In this document: positions 36,960-48,845 of the stretch, one piece after another
Layout: each line of letters starts with the position of its first letter
How positions within the stretch are numbered: the stretch's first letter is position 1
NCBI RefSeq assembly: GCF_009834535.1
Contig: NC_045696.1
Location: forward strand, 78,432,001-78,496,000
Direction of reading: 5' to 3'
From: Camelus ferus
Lineage: Eukaryota
Length of the DNA: 64,000 nt
Position numbers and translations under genes: made by a program
Notes under the pieces: generated by a model
Database searches by the model: none
What the model was told of the DNA's origin: nothing
Seen by the model: the letters and a program-made list of their open reading frames with translations, nothing else

Positions 36960-37429
36960 TCTTCCCTGAATCACAATAGGGCAGCAAGGCTCAGTAATAT
37001 TTTGCAGGGCCTGTTGACTCTCCCTTCTCTCCCTACTCAACCCCAATCCTATCTGGTGATTTAACTTCCCTTGTGGCAAAGTGCAAAGAAAGTAAATGAA
37101 ATAGTACAAACTGTCACAATAAGTAGCAATTCCAGCCAATCCCAGAAGCTACCACACCAGTATCGCAAGCTGTTTTCTCTTCCAGTCCAGCAGTCTGTGC
37201 ATGTATTATGCCACCAGACAGAACCCATGAGGTAATATGGGTTAATGAAAGCAGTTTTCTTACAATGACAGTTATCTCAGCAGCAGAAGATACTACGTCT
37301 CCAGCACCCAAGCAGATTCCAATCTTACAGCCTCTCTACTTAAGACCCAGTTCATCCTTTTGTGATCTTTTCTGTTTCCTAAACACAAACCTCTCAAACT
37401 TCTTCTCAAGTTGGGCTTAAGAAGAGCAT
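36960..37429 (-). pseudogene. PCNX-like exon remnant: N-terminus and first TM pair
   Basis: accATG at 37429, frameshift, then LEKKFERFVFRK..*RGCKIGIC..LLSLTHITSWVLSGGIIHAQTAGLEEKTA..~LAGIATYCDSLY. Recalled PCNX4: [45 protein letters not shown]..FTSLY. The 3' boundary is uncertain. Confidence 0.7.
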
Positions 37430-40400
37430 GGTTTCTTTTTCCTTAATTATTGCTTTTGTTTTCGACTTTTTGCATTAGAATATCCTGAGCACGACAGGGG
37501 CCCTGCAATCTAGGGAACCAGGAGTGCTGCCCAGGCACGGTGGACTTGGCTTGACCGTCTAGTCCCCTTGGTTCCAAGCACAGAACTCTGTATTTGGCTC
37601 ACCTCAATTTGGCAACATTGAAAATGTATGCACTTTACAAGAGCATTTTTCTTATTCTCATCTTTTTTGTCTTTTCTTTAATAAAATAGATTTGGGTGAT
37701 CAATACCTTCCAACAACGGCATAATCCATGGTGCTCCATTATCGTATTTTGCTGGGCCTAAGATTCCAAGTTCTATGGAGACTCCTCTGGCTAAAATCAG
37801 ACTCCCAGGATCCCTAATTGTTTTTCCTCCCTCAGGAAGTTAAAGGAACAACTTGCCAGCATTTCAAGAGAGGGTCTGAACTCATATTCAAAGAACTTAG
37901 CAGAAGGCTCTAATATTTCTTTCTCAGTCTGCTTTGGGGAGCAGCGAGGATATTCACTCATGTACCTATCCTCCATCCTCTATCTATTTGTCTATTATCT
38001 AATTTTCATATCACAAACACTAAAAGTCATTCTGAACTACTGATTTGGTTATTAATCAAGTCAATATACTTTTTTTTTTCCAATTCAGGTGGGGTCAAAT
38101 CCTTAAGTAAAAGGTATAAAAGTTATTAGAAAGCACATGAAGTTTCAGCTTAGGTACAAAAAATTGACACACAGGTTGATCACTGACTTTACAAAAACAC
38201 AGAAAGATGTATTCCCTACTTACATTAATATATCTCTGTCCTGGCTAGGTTTAAAAAGTACATTTAAGCCCTATTCCAAAGATAAAATGGACATTAACAG
38301 CTACAGTTTTCCAACAATTCTCAGTCTGTACTTTTGTGCAGTGAGCTACTTCTGAATTATTTGAGCTAAGAAAGGGCAAACATTTTACATTATTTAGTCT
38401 TTGCTGTTTTTGAATATAACTTACCTACTCATCTATAGTGATCATTTTTTAAGCACAGTATAAGATTTGTTTAATGCCACACACCTGTGGCCACAGCAAT
38501 CACGTTCTTCCATTAACGTGTACACTGACTTCCTTCCTGGTTTTATTTTAAGGCTGCTTCCAGATACTTTGCCCATGGAAATCTATGAAAAGTCACTTTC
38601 CTTTATGGTATTGTCTAAAATGAATGCTTAATGAGTCTTAAATCTGCAAATGCACTATGCCTCTGCTGTGCTGTTCATTTCACCCATTCTTCTCTTCCCA
38701 CAGAATAATACACATTTCTCTTAATCAACTTAGCTGTTGAAGGAAATCAGATGGATCACAGATAAGCCAAGTTCCTTAATATACTAATACATTCCAAAGC
38801 TTTCAAAACTTCAAGTACTTAAAATACTATGTGCTTTGATAAGGTCCTGCAAATCACTGAGCTAGCTCCTTCCTCCATCCCCAGTCAATATTTACTAACT
38901 TACAGTTCTTTTTATAGCTTCCCTTCATGTTTTCAACCTTTTTTTTTTTTCTTAAGGGATCAACTCTTATCTGCTATGTCCTTTCTTATAATTATAAAAC
39001 AGTAATTCTTTTAGTGAATATGCTGTACTATCCTATTTTATAACACTGAATCTTCTGGAATTCTTCAAAGTACTATCAAATCTGTAATATTTTTTGATGT
39101 TTAATGAGTTCCGAGCATACTCTCATGGACAGAGAGACAGACACACAGACCACACACATACACACACACATATACACGAACACCTTGTTCCCTGCCTCAA
39201 AAATATCCTGTGGATATGCTCCGTCCGGGATCATAAATAGTGGAAGAGCTAAATCACTACACAAGAGAACAACTGAAGAAACACTGCAAGAAAGGCAGTA
39301 CATGATTAATTGCTTGAAAAAGGAGTATAGACAATAAAGTTCACAGCAAACAAGAGACTAATCATTTAGCAATCCCGAGTTACGAGAGTATTCTCCCAGT
39401 TGAATAGAGAAATTTCCACATAAAAAAAGTATCACATCTGGTCCAGTTAAAGAGAGTTCAAAGAAACCTGTGGTTCTCTACTGTGAGAACTTCAATACAT
39501 TGAACCCTCTAGTATTTGCTAAAATTGCCCAACAACTTCAATTTTGATGCTTTCTTCCCCATAAAACAAGCTTTCAATGTGACTTCTAAATTTACTATTA
39601 CATCTTTCACCCATTTATTCAACAAAAGATTGTTTCACTTCATCCAGCACTGTGCTAGCTATTGTGGTACAGGATTTATATTAATCAAGTCATGGGGCAA
39701 CTCTGTTTAAATAAACATGGTTCGTGACAAAGAGTAAAAGCAGACATAGGCTCTTCAACCAAAAGCTGGGTTGTTCCACAAAGACTCATCTTCACATAAC
39801 ACAACTGGGTTTTTTTTTTAGGCCAATACACCTCTGACAGCATCTTCAAAGCTGCATATTGATATGCATACTTATTTTCTATTCTACACTTTGAAAGAAT
39901 CAGTATCTACATTCAAAGCAGAGTATCTTCCATTATAGAAGTGGGTGATACTATTTTACTGTATATAAATAAGTTCGTAACTCCACAAATAGGCAAGCAA
40001 ATAATTGTATATGTCACAGAACAAGATAGCAGATGTGCAACAATTTATCTATTTGTAAAGATGTAAACATTTATCTAAACATATATGGTGATACATTTCC
40101 ATCTTCTGTTAAACTATTTTAAAGATTAAAAAAATAACAAATTAAATGATCTTTAATAAATCTAGAGGTCAAGAGAGCAAAGCACATTCCTGGCAAACCC
40201 TGAGTTAAATGAGGCATATTTCTAACCCTCTAGGCTTTGTAGTTCCAGCGCTGGCTAAAAACACCTTAAAAGAACTATTAGGTTACTTTTCAGCATGGCT
40301 CTGTCAAAACAATGAAGAAATCCAATAATTTAGCTTTGCAAAATCTAGAAATGTAAATAAATGAGATGCAATTATGCAGTCTTGGGCATTGTGTTTTCAT

Positions 40401-42609
40401 TACACTTTCCATGTTTCCCTTAACTTGTGAAATATTTTGTCAGTTTGGAGGGAGGAAAAGAAAGCCTAAAAATTTTATCATCTCTAAATACTTCAAATCA
40501 AACTCTAACCCCCAAAGATGTCATCTCATCTCTTCATAGGTACACACAACAATATAAAACCAAATATATTATATTAACCCATTAGTTAACCAGTTGGTGA
40601 ACTTTATGTTCTGCTGATTTATAAAATTATGCTTTATACTTTGTGTAACAATCACAATTATGGGATTAGCCAGATGTTCTAACTTTGTATTAGAATATCT
40701 ATATTTAACAAGGCACTTGAGAAGAAGCAAACTTAATTTTTGTATCTTGAGGGTAAGAGGGAAGCTGAGTAATGTTCCCTTAGTTTTTATTACTATAGAA
40801 GGCATAACCGTTAACTCTCAGGAAAACTTTGTGTTTCTTTGACACACCCTAGATCTACACCACTTATATAACTTCACAATTCAGTTTTATATCTGATCTT
40901 CCCACATCAAAATGTGCCATCTTTTCCTAAATTTCATATCCATTATTAGCAAAAGGTTTCCTAAAAAAACCCAGAAAACCAAAAAATAAAAAATAATAAA
41001 AAATTCTCTGGGCTTGAGATTTTGTCATAGAGGGAGGGATAACTGGGGGATCTGGGAGGCAAATGCAGAAGACATTGATCTTTCTCTCTGCACAGTACAA
41101 CAAGCATAATTTTACTTTTTCTATAAAGCTTTTTTTGCCAAGCAAGGGATCATGCAAAAATAATCAGATGGCAGTTTGATGCTAATTTAACCGGAGCTCC
41201 TGGCTGTGCCCTGGCCTTTTGGTACCAGTTAACTAACTAGAAATTGGTATAAAGATAACACAGCCAATTATGTAATCCCTGTGCCTTTACACAGTCACTG
41301 GCTGTGTAATATGCACTGAATTAGGGCAAAAGGATCAATATCCACTGAGAAGGGCCTGCTGTAATCTACTGAAAACACAGTGCTCAGGAGCTAATGAAGG
41401 GCAAACTTGATGAGAGAAGCAGAGCACTCTGACAAGTTTTAGAGCCAAAATTCACATCTGGAACCCATTTCAAAATTCATGAATGCTCTGTTTTAATTTT
41501 GAAGACTTCAAACAGCAGAATTCAAATAAATAAATACAGCAGGAAAGCAACATGACGATAGTCTCCATCTCATTCTCTCAGAGCCTACATCTTAATAACC
41601 ACTTGACTGAAATGCAGCAATATGAAGTCACGTGTAATACTAGTGGTAAAGAACCAAACCTGTAGAGTCAAACCCCATTTTGAACAAAAAAATGTCAAAA
41701 TGCAATAGCTTTACATAAAATCAAGTTCAAAGGACAAAATATATCATGTCAAAGGACAAATAAAACAGGACTAAAATAATCTGTATGTTTTTCAGAATGA
41801 GCTACCTTTGAAAAGAAGAAATAATATATTATGCATTGGCCAGTTACTTCCACTTTGTAGAAACAAAAAGTAAACAGCTATAGTGTCCACTCAGGTAGAA
41901 GAAATGGAAAGGGTATTAGGATCCAGTACGTGGTTGAGAACACAAGTTTAAAAACAGCAATTTATCTGAACATTTGAGATAAATAAGTAAATAACTCTAA
42001 ACTGCAAACACAATTTGCCTCTTTACCTTTGAAATGCACTTTAAATAGCAAAGAAAATGTGTTTCCCCCCACATTCCAGCTGCTTTGTAAACATGAATTA
42101 ATTAATCTCAATAATACCCTTATGAGAGTGAATAGGTATTTTTCTCTCTGTGTTCTACACATGAGAAAGCTATACTACTAATTATGTACATGTATAGAAC
42201 TCTTTTCCCCTTAGGGGCTCAAGGTGCCTTATTATTTTGAAATTACTAAACAGACATTAATCATCACAATACCTCTGTGAGGTATGTAAAGCTACAATTG
42301 AGTATGATTGAAAGTTTAAAAATAAAGATGGAATTTTATCATGCATTTTTTTCTTTTTAAAAATCACCTTATATAATCAATATATATAATCATATATAAC
42401 TAGACGGTCCATGTTGAGTGACAATAACTACTGTAACACGGAGATACTATCTAGGAATATTAAAATGTTGTGCAGTTTTTTTTTCCTTAAAGACACTAAA
42501 ACACGGACCTCAAATAAGTCTTAGAATTTTCTACTCCAAAGGAAAGGAAACTGAGACGATGTAATAGGAAGGCAGGAAGTTAAGGAGAATGATAAATGAG
42601 CAGACGGTT

Positions 42610-42920
42610 ATTAATTTAACAAATATCTACTCAGTTCTGATGATGAAGCAGCCACTCTTCAATGTCCATGGAATATGCAGATGAGCAAAACAAAACCTGA
42701 CCTCAGGGAGCTTATAATCCAGAAGAGGAGAAAGGCAACACAAAATTAACAGATAAAATAATCTCAGAGAAAAATATATTTCTATGAAGCAAATGCACCA
42801 GGGTAAGGAGGCAGAGTGAGGGCCTTAGCACATGCAAAGAGTGGGAGAGGGACATAACAGAGATCAAGGTCAAGAAACTGAGAAGATGAGAACATGGAAG
42901 TGTACCATCAGTGTGCAAAC
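42610..42920 (-). mobile_element. L2 fragment
   Basis: tttaacaaatatctactcag..cctcagggagcttataatccagaagagg. Confidence 0.6.
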
Positions 42921-43115
42921 TAAGTAGCACAACATACATGAGCTGCTTAGCACACAGTAATCAAGACAGGTTTTGTGGTCTTCTTTGTTTATTCACTGAG
43001 GGTTTCTTTTCCTTTGAGAACTACAGCAACAGTCTAAGCCTTGAATTAGTGTAAAATGTTTAGTTAATATAGCTAATGAGGCAAATGGCTTCTCTTATCC
43101 AGGTAAGTACCATCA

Positions 43116-43572
43116 CAGTGGATCTCAACCCTGTCTGTATATCAGCATAACTGGGGAGTATTTTTTTAAAAGATGGATAACCTGGAAGCCCTCTAAAATT
43201 TCTGATATAAGAATTTTGCAGGCACAGACGTAAAACACAAACGTAAGGTTACCGGTGGGGAAGGGAATGGGAAGAGATAAATTGGGAGTTCGAGATTTGC
43301 GGATACTAACTAGTATATGTAAAATAGATAAACAACAAGTGTCTTCTGTACAGCACAGGGAACTATATTCAACATCTTGCAGCAACCTATAATGAAAAAA
43401 ATACGGAAACAAATATATATGTATATATATGACTGAAACATTATGCTGAACACCAGAAATTGACACAACATTGTAAACTGACTATAATACAATTCAAAAA
43501 AAAATTTCGTGGGTAGGATTGATAATCTGTTTTTTGCTGCAGCCTTCTCCAACAGACCCTCTAGCACTGCAG
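43116..43572 (+). mobile_element. MER5A-like hAT element interrupted by a camelid-type L1 tail (about 43220-43503)
   Basis: cagtggatctcaaccct...agcactg termini; inner gcacagggaactatattcaa..ctgactataatacaattcaaaaaaaaa with approximate TSD aattttg/aatttcg. Confidence 0.75.
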
Positions 43573-45540
43573 GAGACTCAAGCACCAGTGCCTTCAGGGC
43601 CAGAAAAATAATGTCAATGTACTCCCAATAGGGCAGCTTAAGAAACAAGCGTGAGAGTTAGCGTACTCACTAAGGAGTTAAAAATATATATATATGAAAG
43701 CCCTGTTGAAATTTAAAGAAAAAGATCTGTGGGCTGAGTCTGGCCTAGAGATGAGTAGTTTGCCACAGCCGCAAAATGCACACTATCTGATTGCACTGAG
43801 TACAAAGATCCCTGATCCCAGTGCCAGAGATCGGCAAAGGCTCAGGACTGGCCAGGATTTAGCCATAACTCCAGTGCAGAGTGAAATACCTCTCAAATCT
43901 GGGACAGTGTCCATTGGGCTATTCATGCCAAGAAGTAATCCTCATTGTCATCAAGTAAACACTTGTAGCAGAAATTCAGAAAAGCCTCAAGGGGACCAGT
44001 CAGGAAAGGAAACAAAAGACTATAGTCATTCGAGAAACTCTCGTGAATACTTCCACTCAGCTGCAACTCTCAAGTGAGAAGTCACAAAAATTATATTTTC
44101 CATTCTATACTTAAACACGGTGGTTTCAAAAGGCATAATGTTTAAAATAATACAAATTATTTAAAAAACGTGTATGGAATACAATGCTGACTCCATTAGA
44201 CAGCATTACAAAATTTTTTGGCCATCTGTATGTTCATCTCATCTTCACATGAAAACACAATATGGATGTGATTAAGAAATAGAGGAAAACCAGCCAAGAG
44301 ACAGCAAGCACCTTCACCTTAAATATGATAGAATACATTCATTTTATTGCCTAATTTAGCCTTATTATTGCTCACTTGGGTGAGTAGTTCACAAAAATTA
44401 CAACATATGCATTTAACACATGTACATAAATATACATAAACACAGAGATTTCTGTAATATATTTCATCCTCTTGTGTCACTGGTGTCAATGTAAATATTG
44501 GAATCATTTTTGCACATTAGACAACCGTGTAAAAGCAAATAAAATAGTAAAAGTACCACCGAGAATCGAGAGAACCAGTCTGTTAAACCCACAGACACAT
44601 ATACACACTACTTTTGCATCCATTCCTTCTCTATCTTCCAACTGTTTTCACTTGGAGAAGACCTTTGACTGAAGTGTAACCTTGTACTCAGCGGGAAGCA
44701 ATGTCATTCTCTGGATCATCTATTTGCTACTTAAACCCTGTTTCTGATCTAGTACTTTAACAGCTAAAATAAGAGTAAACTGTTATCTCAGTAGTGAACC
44801 AACAACAGTGGCTGACAGTCAAAAACGATGGCTATCTATTCTCATACCTCCCTACATGGAGAAAAGACCCAAGTATATTTAAAATTTTAGGGATGCTAGA
44901 AAAAGGAAATAGTGACCCTGACCTGTCTCCTGGGGCACAAAAATTTTTATATTAAGTAACAAATGAACACACAGGGTATTCTTTTGTCCTTCCATCAATA
45001 ACAGAATGGAGAAGCATTCGCTTTCCACCACACAAAGATCCTGCTGTTTCTCTAGCCTAAGTCCCTGCTTTCTTCTACAAAAAAATCATGATTGTGGCCA
45101 GGATACTTAATATTATCCCTCCTGAACACTTGCCTCTTCAGCTCTTCACTCATTTTGTTCCCCCTTCCTAGACCATTTGTTCCTTTTACACTGTCTTATC
45201 CACCCTTTACAGTCCACCTCAAATCCCATTTTTATCGCTAGACAGCTTCCTAATATTATTTTAACATTACTTAATATTTTCCTCTCCTCTAAATCCTACA
45301 GAACTTATTTCTATACCTCTTATTGCACTTACCACAGACTGTCTTCCTAACTAGTGTCTATATAACATGGAGCCACTGAAACTCAGCACTAGGAGGGACC
45401 AGGGGACAGCATCTGGTCCAGCTGCCCAACCAGTCCAGGAAGCCACTCTCCACACCACCAGCCAATGCTTATCTTGGTTTCCTTGGCTTCCCATCCCACT
45501 CCTGCTTCCAACAATGGGAAATGCACATTTTCTTTATTGA

Positions 45541-45598
45541 ATATATATACACACACACACACATATATACATATATACATATACACATATATATATAT
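45541..45598. repeat. (TA)/(CA) compound microsatellite
   Basis: Directly visible. Confidence 0.9.
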
Positions 45599-48095
45599 TT
45601 AACAGAACTTGAGCAGAGTAACCCCTCAAAATGCCTGTTGAATGAATAAAAACACTTTATTTTAAAGTTGAACAGCTCTAACTTGGGACTCGTTCTTCCT
45701 CACACATAGCTCAAATGTAGCTCTCTGTCATTTTGAACTTGTGATAATTACTTGAGGGTTCTGCCTGCCTCTATATCCAACAGATATCACACACTTCAAG
45801 GCAGATCACATGAGGAGGAGTTTTATCTTGACCACATTGAATATTCCCTTGAATTATCTAAGGTAATTTGCAGACTCTCTTTGGGGAAACTTAACACTTA
45901 GACTATGGTATTGAGAACAGGGTTCAACATTCCTCTGAACTGGAGAGATCATGGAACATCTCTCCATTTGGGAAACAGTGTCATGCTCTTCAGAGTATCA
46001 ATATGCAGACAGTAAGTATTCATCAGTACTTGATGGTTGAAAATCTGCTTGTGTGATTGGCATGGGCCTGGAATGCTGGCACTACATCACCTCTAAAAGA
46101 TACGTTCCTAATAATGCTTTGGTCTAGGTACCTTTTTTGAGATCATTTTCTGGCATTCAAAAGACCACTTTGATTTTCCTTGAAGTCCGTCTGCCAACTA
46201 TTCAAAAGAAAACTGAAGATGAAGGCTGTTGAACCATGAAGGAAGATGGAGAATCGTGCACACATACACGTGTATGTGGAAGGGGGAGGTTCAGACAGCA
46301 GAAACAGGAGATGGATGGATCAAGCTCCACGCTGAACAGAACAGGTTGAAAGGAGAGATATCCTTTGCTGTATTTTAATTCCTTTAACTTTCAGTCCTTC
46401 AGGAAATCAAATCTCTCATCAGCACAGAAAGAATAATACAATTTAACAGCCAAGTTATTGCTTTCTTACAGGAGGCGTAGTGTTCTCAGGCCTACATTAG
46501 GCAGTATTAGGTACATTTGACATTCATCATCTTCAGGAAATGTACTGTTGCTTCTCTACATCTAACAGTTAACAATTTTTTAAGTATAAATACATATTTT
46601 TAAAAATATTTTCAAACTCTTTAATCACTTGAGGGGCTTGAGTTCTAGTTTCATGTATTAATTTCCACCATGTCCTTGTGTTAAAACAGAGAAAGGGGGA
46701 CACTTGGAGGCAAAGGGTTGTATCATAATTTTTCAAACACTAATAAAATAAACTATAAAATACACGTATGTTTTGGTCAAAATATTCTGCTAATTTAAGT
46801 GTATATTTCAGAAAGAGAGGTTCCTTACAAGGAGGTAGGACAGTGGTTTCTGGCCCAGGGCCCAAGTTATCAAGGAGACTGCAGTATTTTGTCCCATGAA
46901 AAGATTACGATAATTGACAAATGACATAATCACTTTATTATTATTAATATGATTGAAATTAAAATGTATGAAGCAATCATATTTAGTTAATTAATTCCTG
47001 ATGATGTATGGTTTTCTCCTACTTTCCAAAGCTGTTTACATTGCCTTTGCCCCAAGGGAATTTAAGGGAAATTTTTTCAGAAAGTTTTCTCTATGATCAC
47101 ACAGTGTGCCCTGCATTCTGAAATGAATTATGTCCTTAAATATGTATATTATGTGTAAACAATGATGCGAGTTTATCATGCATGGTGAGCAACGAAATCC
47201 TTCATAACTGAATCAGTGAAATTTCTTAATTTTATCACACTGCCATCATGATTCATAAAAAGTATATAAAGATTCATCATTGACCTGAGAGAAGTCTCTT
47301 CCATTTTCAGTAAGTAAACTCAAAAGCAATATGTACCCAGAGATTAGATCATCTGTCAGTTTCAGTGCATCATTTGCAGGTTCTCAAATTATGAATATGT
47401 AGTTTTCTGAATGGCAAATTTCATGGCTGAGGGAGTACAAATTAGTTTGCCAGTTCACAATGAACTATGTGGAATTCCGGAAGGTTTCGGGCACCTGGGG
47501 ACGGGATGGAGCATAGGGTTCAATGTTACTCATTAGAAGATTTCAATAAGAAGTGGTTCTGGAGCTGTGGAGCTGCAGTGTGAAAAAAGGTGCAAGTCTT
47601 AAAGCCTCTTACCTACACATGGGCACCCAGGGCTGAGGAGGTCTGTCAGTGTGCTGGGAGCAGTAAGCATTGTATGGAATCATGATTTCTATTTCTGGTA
47701 TCATTGCTCTAATTGTATACCCAACAGCCTCAGGCCAAGTTTCACATGCACTTTGTAAACCTGTGGAACATCTTGGTGTAGACTTGTAAGAATTACCATG
47801 CTCTTTCTTCGTGTGCCAGAAAGAAGACTTTAGGTCCAAGTAAGAAATATTTGTCATGCTTGTCTAGGTTGATCAATTAACAGCATTCATTGAGCTCTCA
47901 CTGTGTGTAAAGGTTCTTACTTGAAGAAAGTTGACTCAACAAGGAAGAAGGTGAGAGCCCCTGCCTTCCAACTGCTGAGAAAGAAAAGACAGTAAATGAA
48001 TATGCAATGGAGGCTTATATTTAAGCCAGGATTTTTGGAGAGCACATTCAAATAACGGAAGCTCTTTTTTTTTTTTTTTTAATTAACAGATGCTT

Positions 48096-48445
48096 GTTGT
48101 AGCCATGGTAGCTACAGAGATGTGACACCAGATTGTCCGTTAAGAAAGGACTTGCGCCCCACCAGCAAGGAGTGTGGTTTGCCTCACTTATTCTCAGGAC
48201 AGCTCCTGACCAATCACCAAGAAAGGCAGCAGTACAAGAGCCTAGTGATTTCCTCCTAATGGAGAACTCCTCCAGTGAGTGATCTTTCCTCTAGGGACCC
48301 TGATGGCAGAAGTGCATTGTGGTCTGTCAGCCTCCCTGTACAATCCTGCTTCTGCGCGTTTCCTTTCACAGATGCAGCTCACCCATAAAGCTTGCATGCC
48401 TAATGCCATTTCTAAGCACCTTTGTGGAGAACCCAGTTTGCAACA
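48096..48445 (+). mobile_element. Old ERVL-type LTR
   Basis: TGTTGTAG...ggagaacccagtttgcaACA; cctttcacagatg motif. Confidence 0.6.
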
Positions 48446-48489
48446 GAGAGTCTTTACAATTTATTTATAATGTTTTTCTGTAATAGAAA

Positions 48490-48845
48490 AAAATGAATGA
48501 GATACTGATACATGCTAAAACATGCCTGAACCTTGAAAACAATATCTAAATGAAACAAGCCAGTCACAAGAGACTGAACATTGTATGATTCTATTTTTTA
48601 TGAAATGTTCAGAATAGACAGATCTATACAGGCAGAAAGTAGATTCCTGGTTGCCAGAGCCCAGGAAGATGAAGAGATAGAAAGTGACTGCTAAAGGGTA
48701 TGGGGTGATTTTTAGGGGGTGAGAAAAGTGTAGTAAAACTGATTGTGGTAAAGGTTGCACAATTCTGAATACAATAAAGGCTACTGAACTGTACACTTTA
48801 AACAAGTAAATTTGGGATATATGAATTACCTCAATAAAATCATAA
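48490..48845 (+). mobile_element. L1MB/MC-type 3' UTR
   Basis: aaccttgaaaac..aagccagtcaca..gtacactttaaa..atgaattacctcaataaa. Confidence 0.85.

Larger units (their letters stand above)
358..37429 (-). pseudogene. Decayed multi-exon pecanex-family (PCNX-like) gene with a tandem duplicated Pecanex C-terminal module; continues beyond the left edge of the window
   Basis: About 25 minus-strand exon remnants with polypyrimidine-AG acceptors and GT donors. Their translations match PCNX4/PCNX1 motifs in the correct order, e.g. KIGIC..SWVLSG, W....L..G.G, LQF, P...SA....S.RP, LLVLCWAFCV, YFNIMFNREY, IRFLINNSYY*FCG~YLI. Many in-frame stops and frameshifts. Confidence 0.8.

Noticed and set aside
43694..44077. 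127-aa plus-strand ORF
   Set aside because: No recognisable domain, splice context or coding-like composition.
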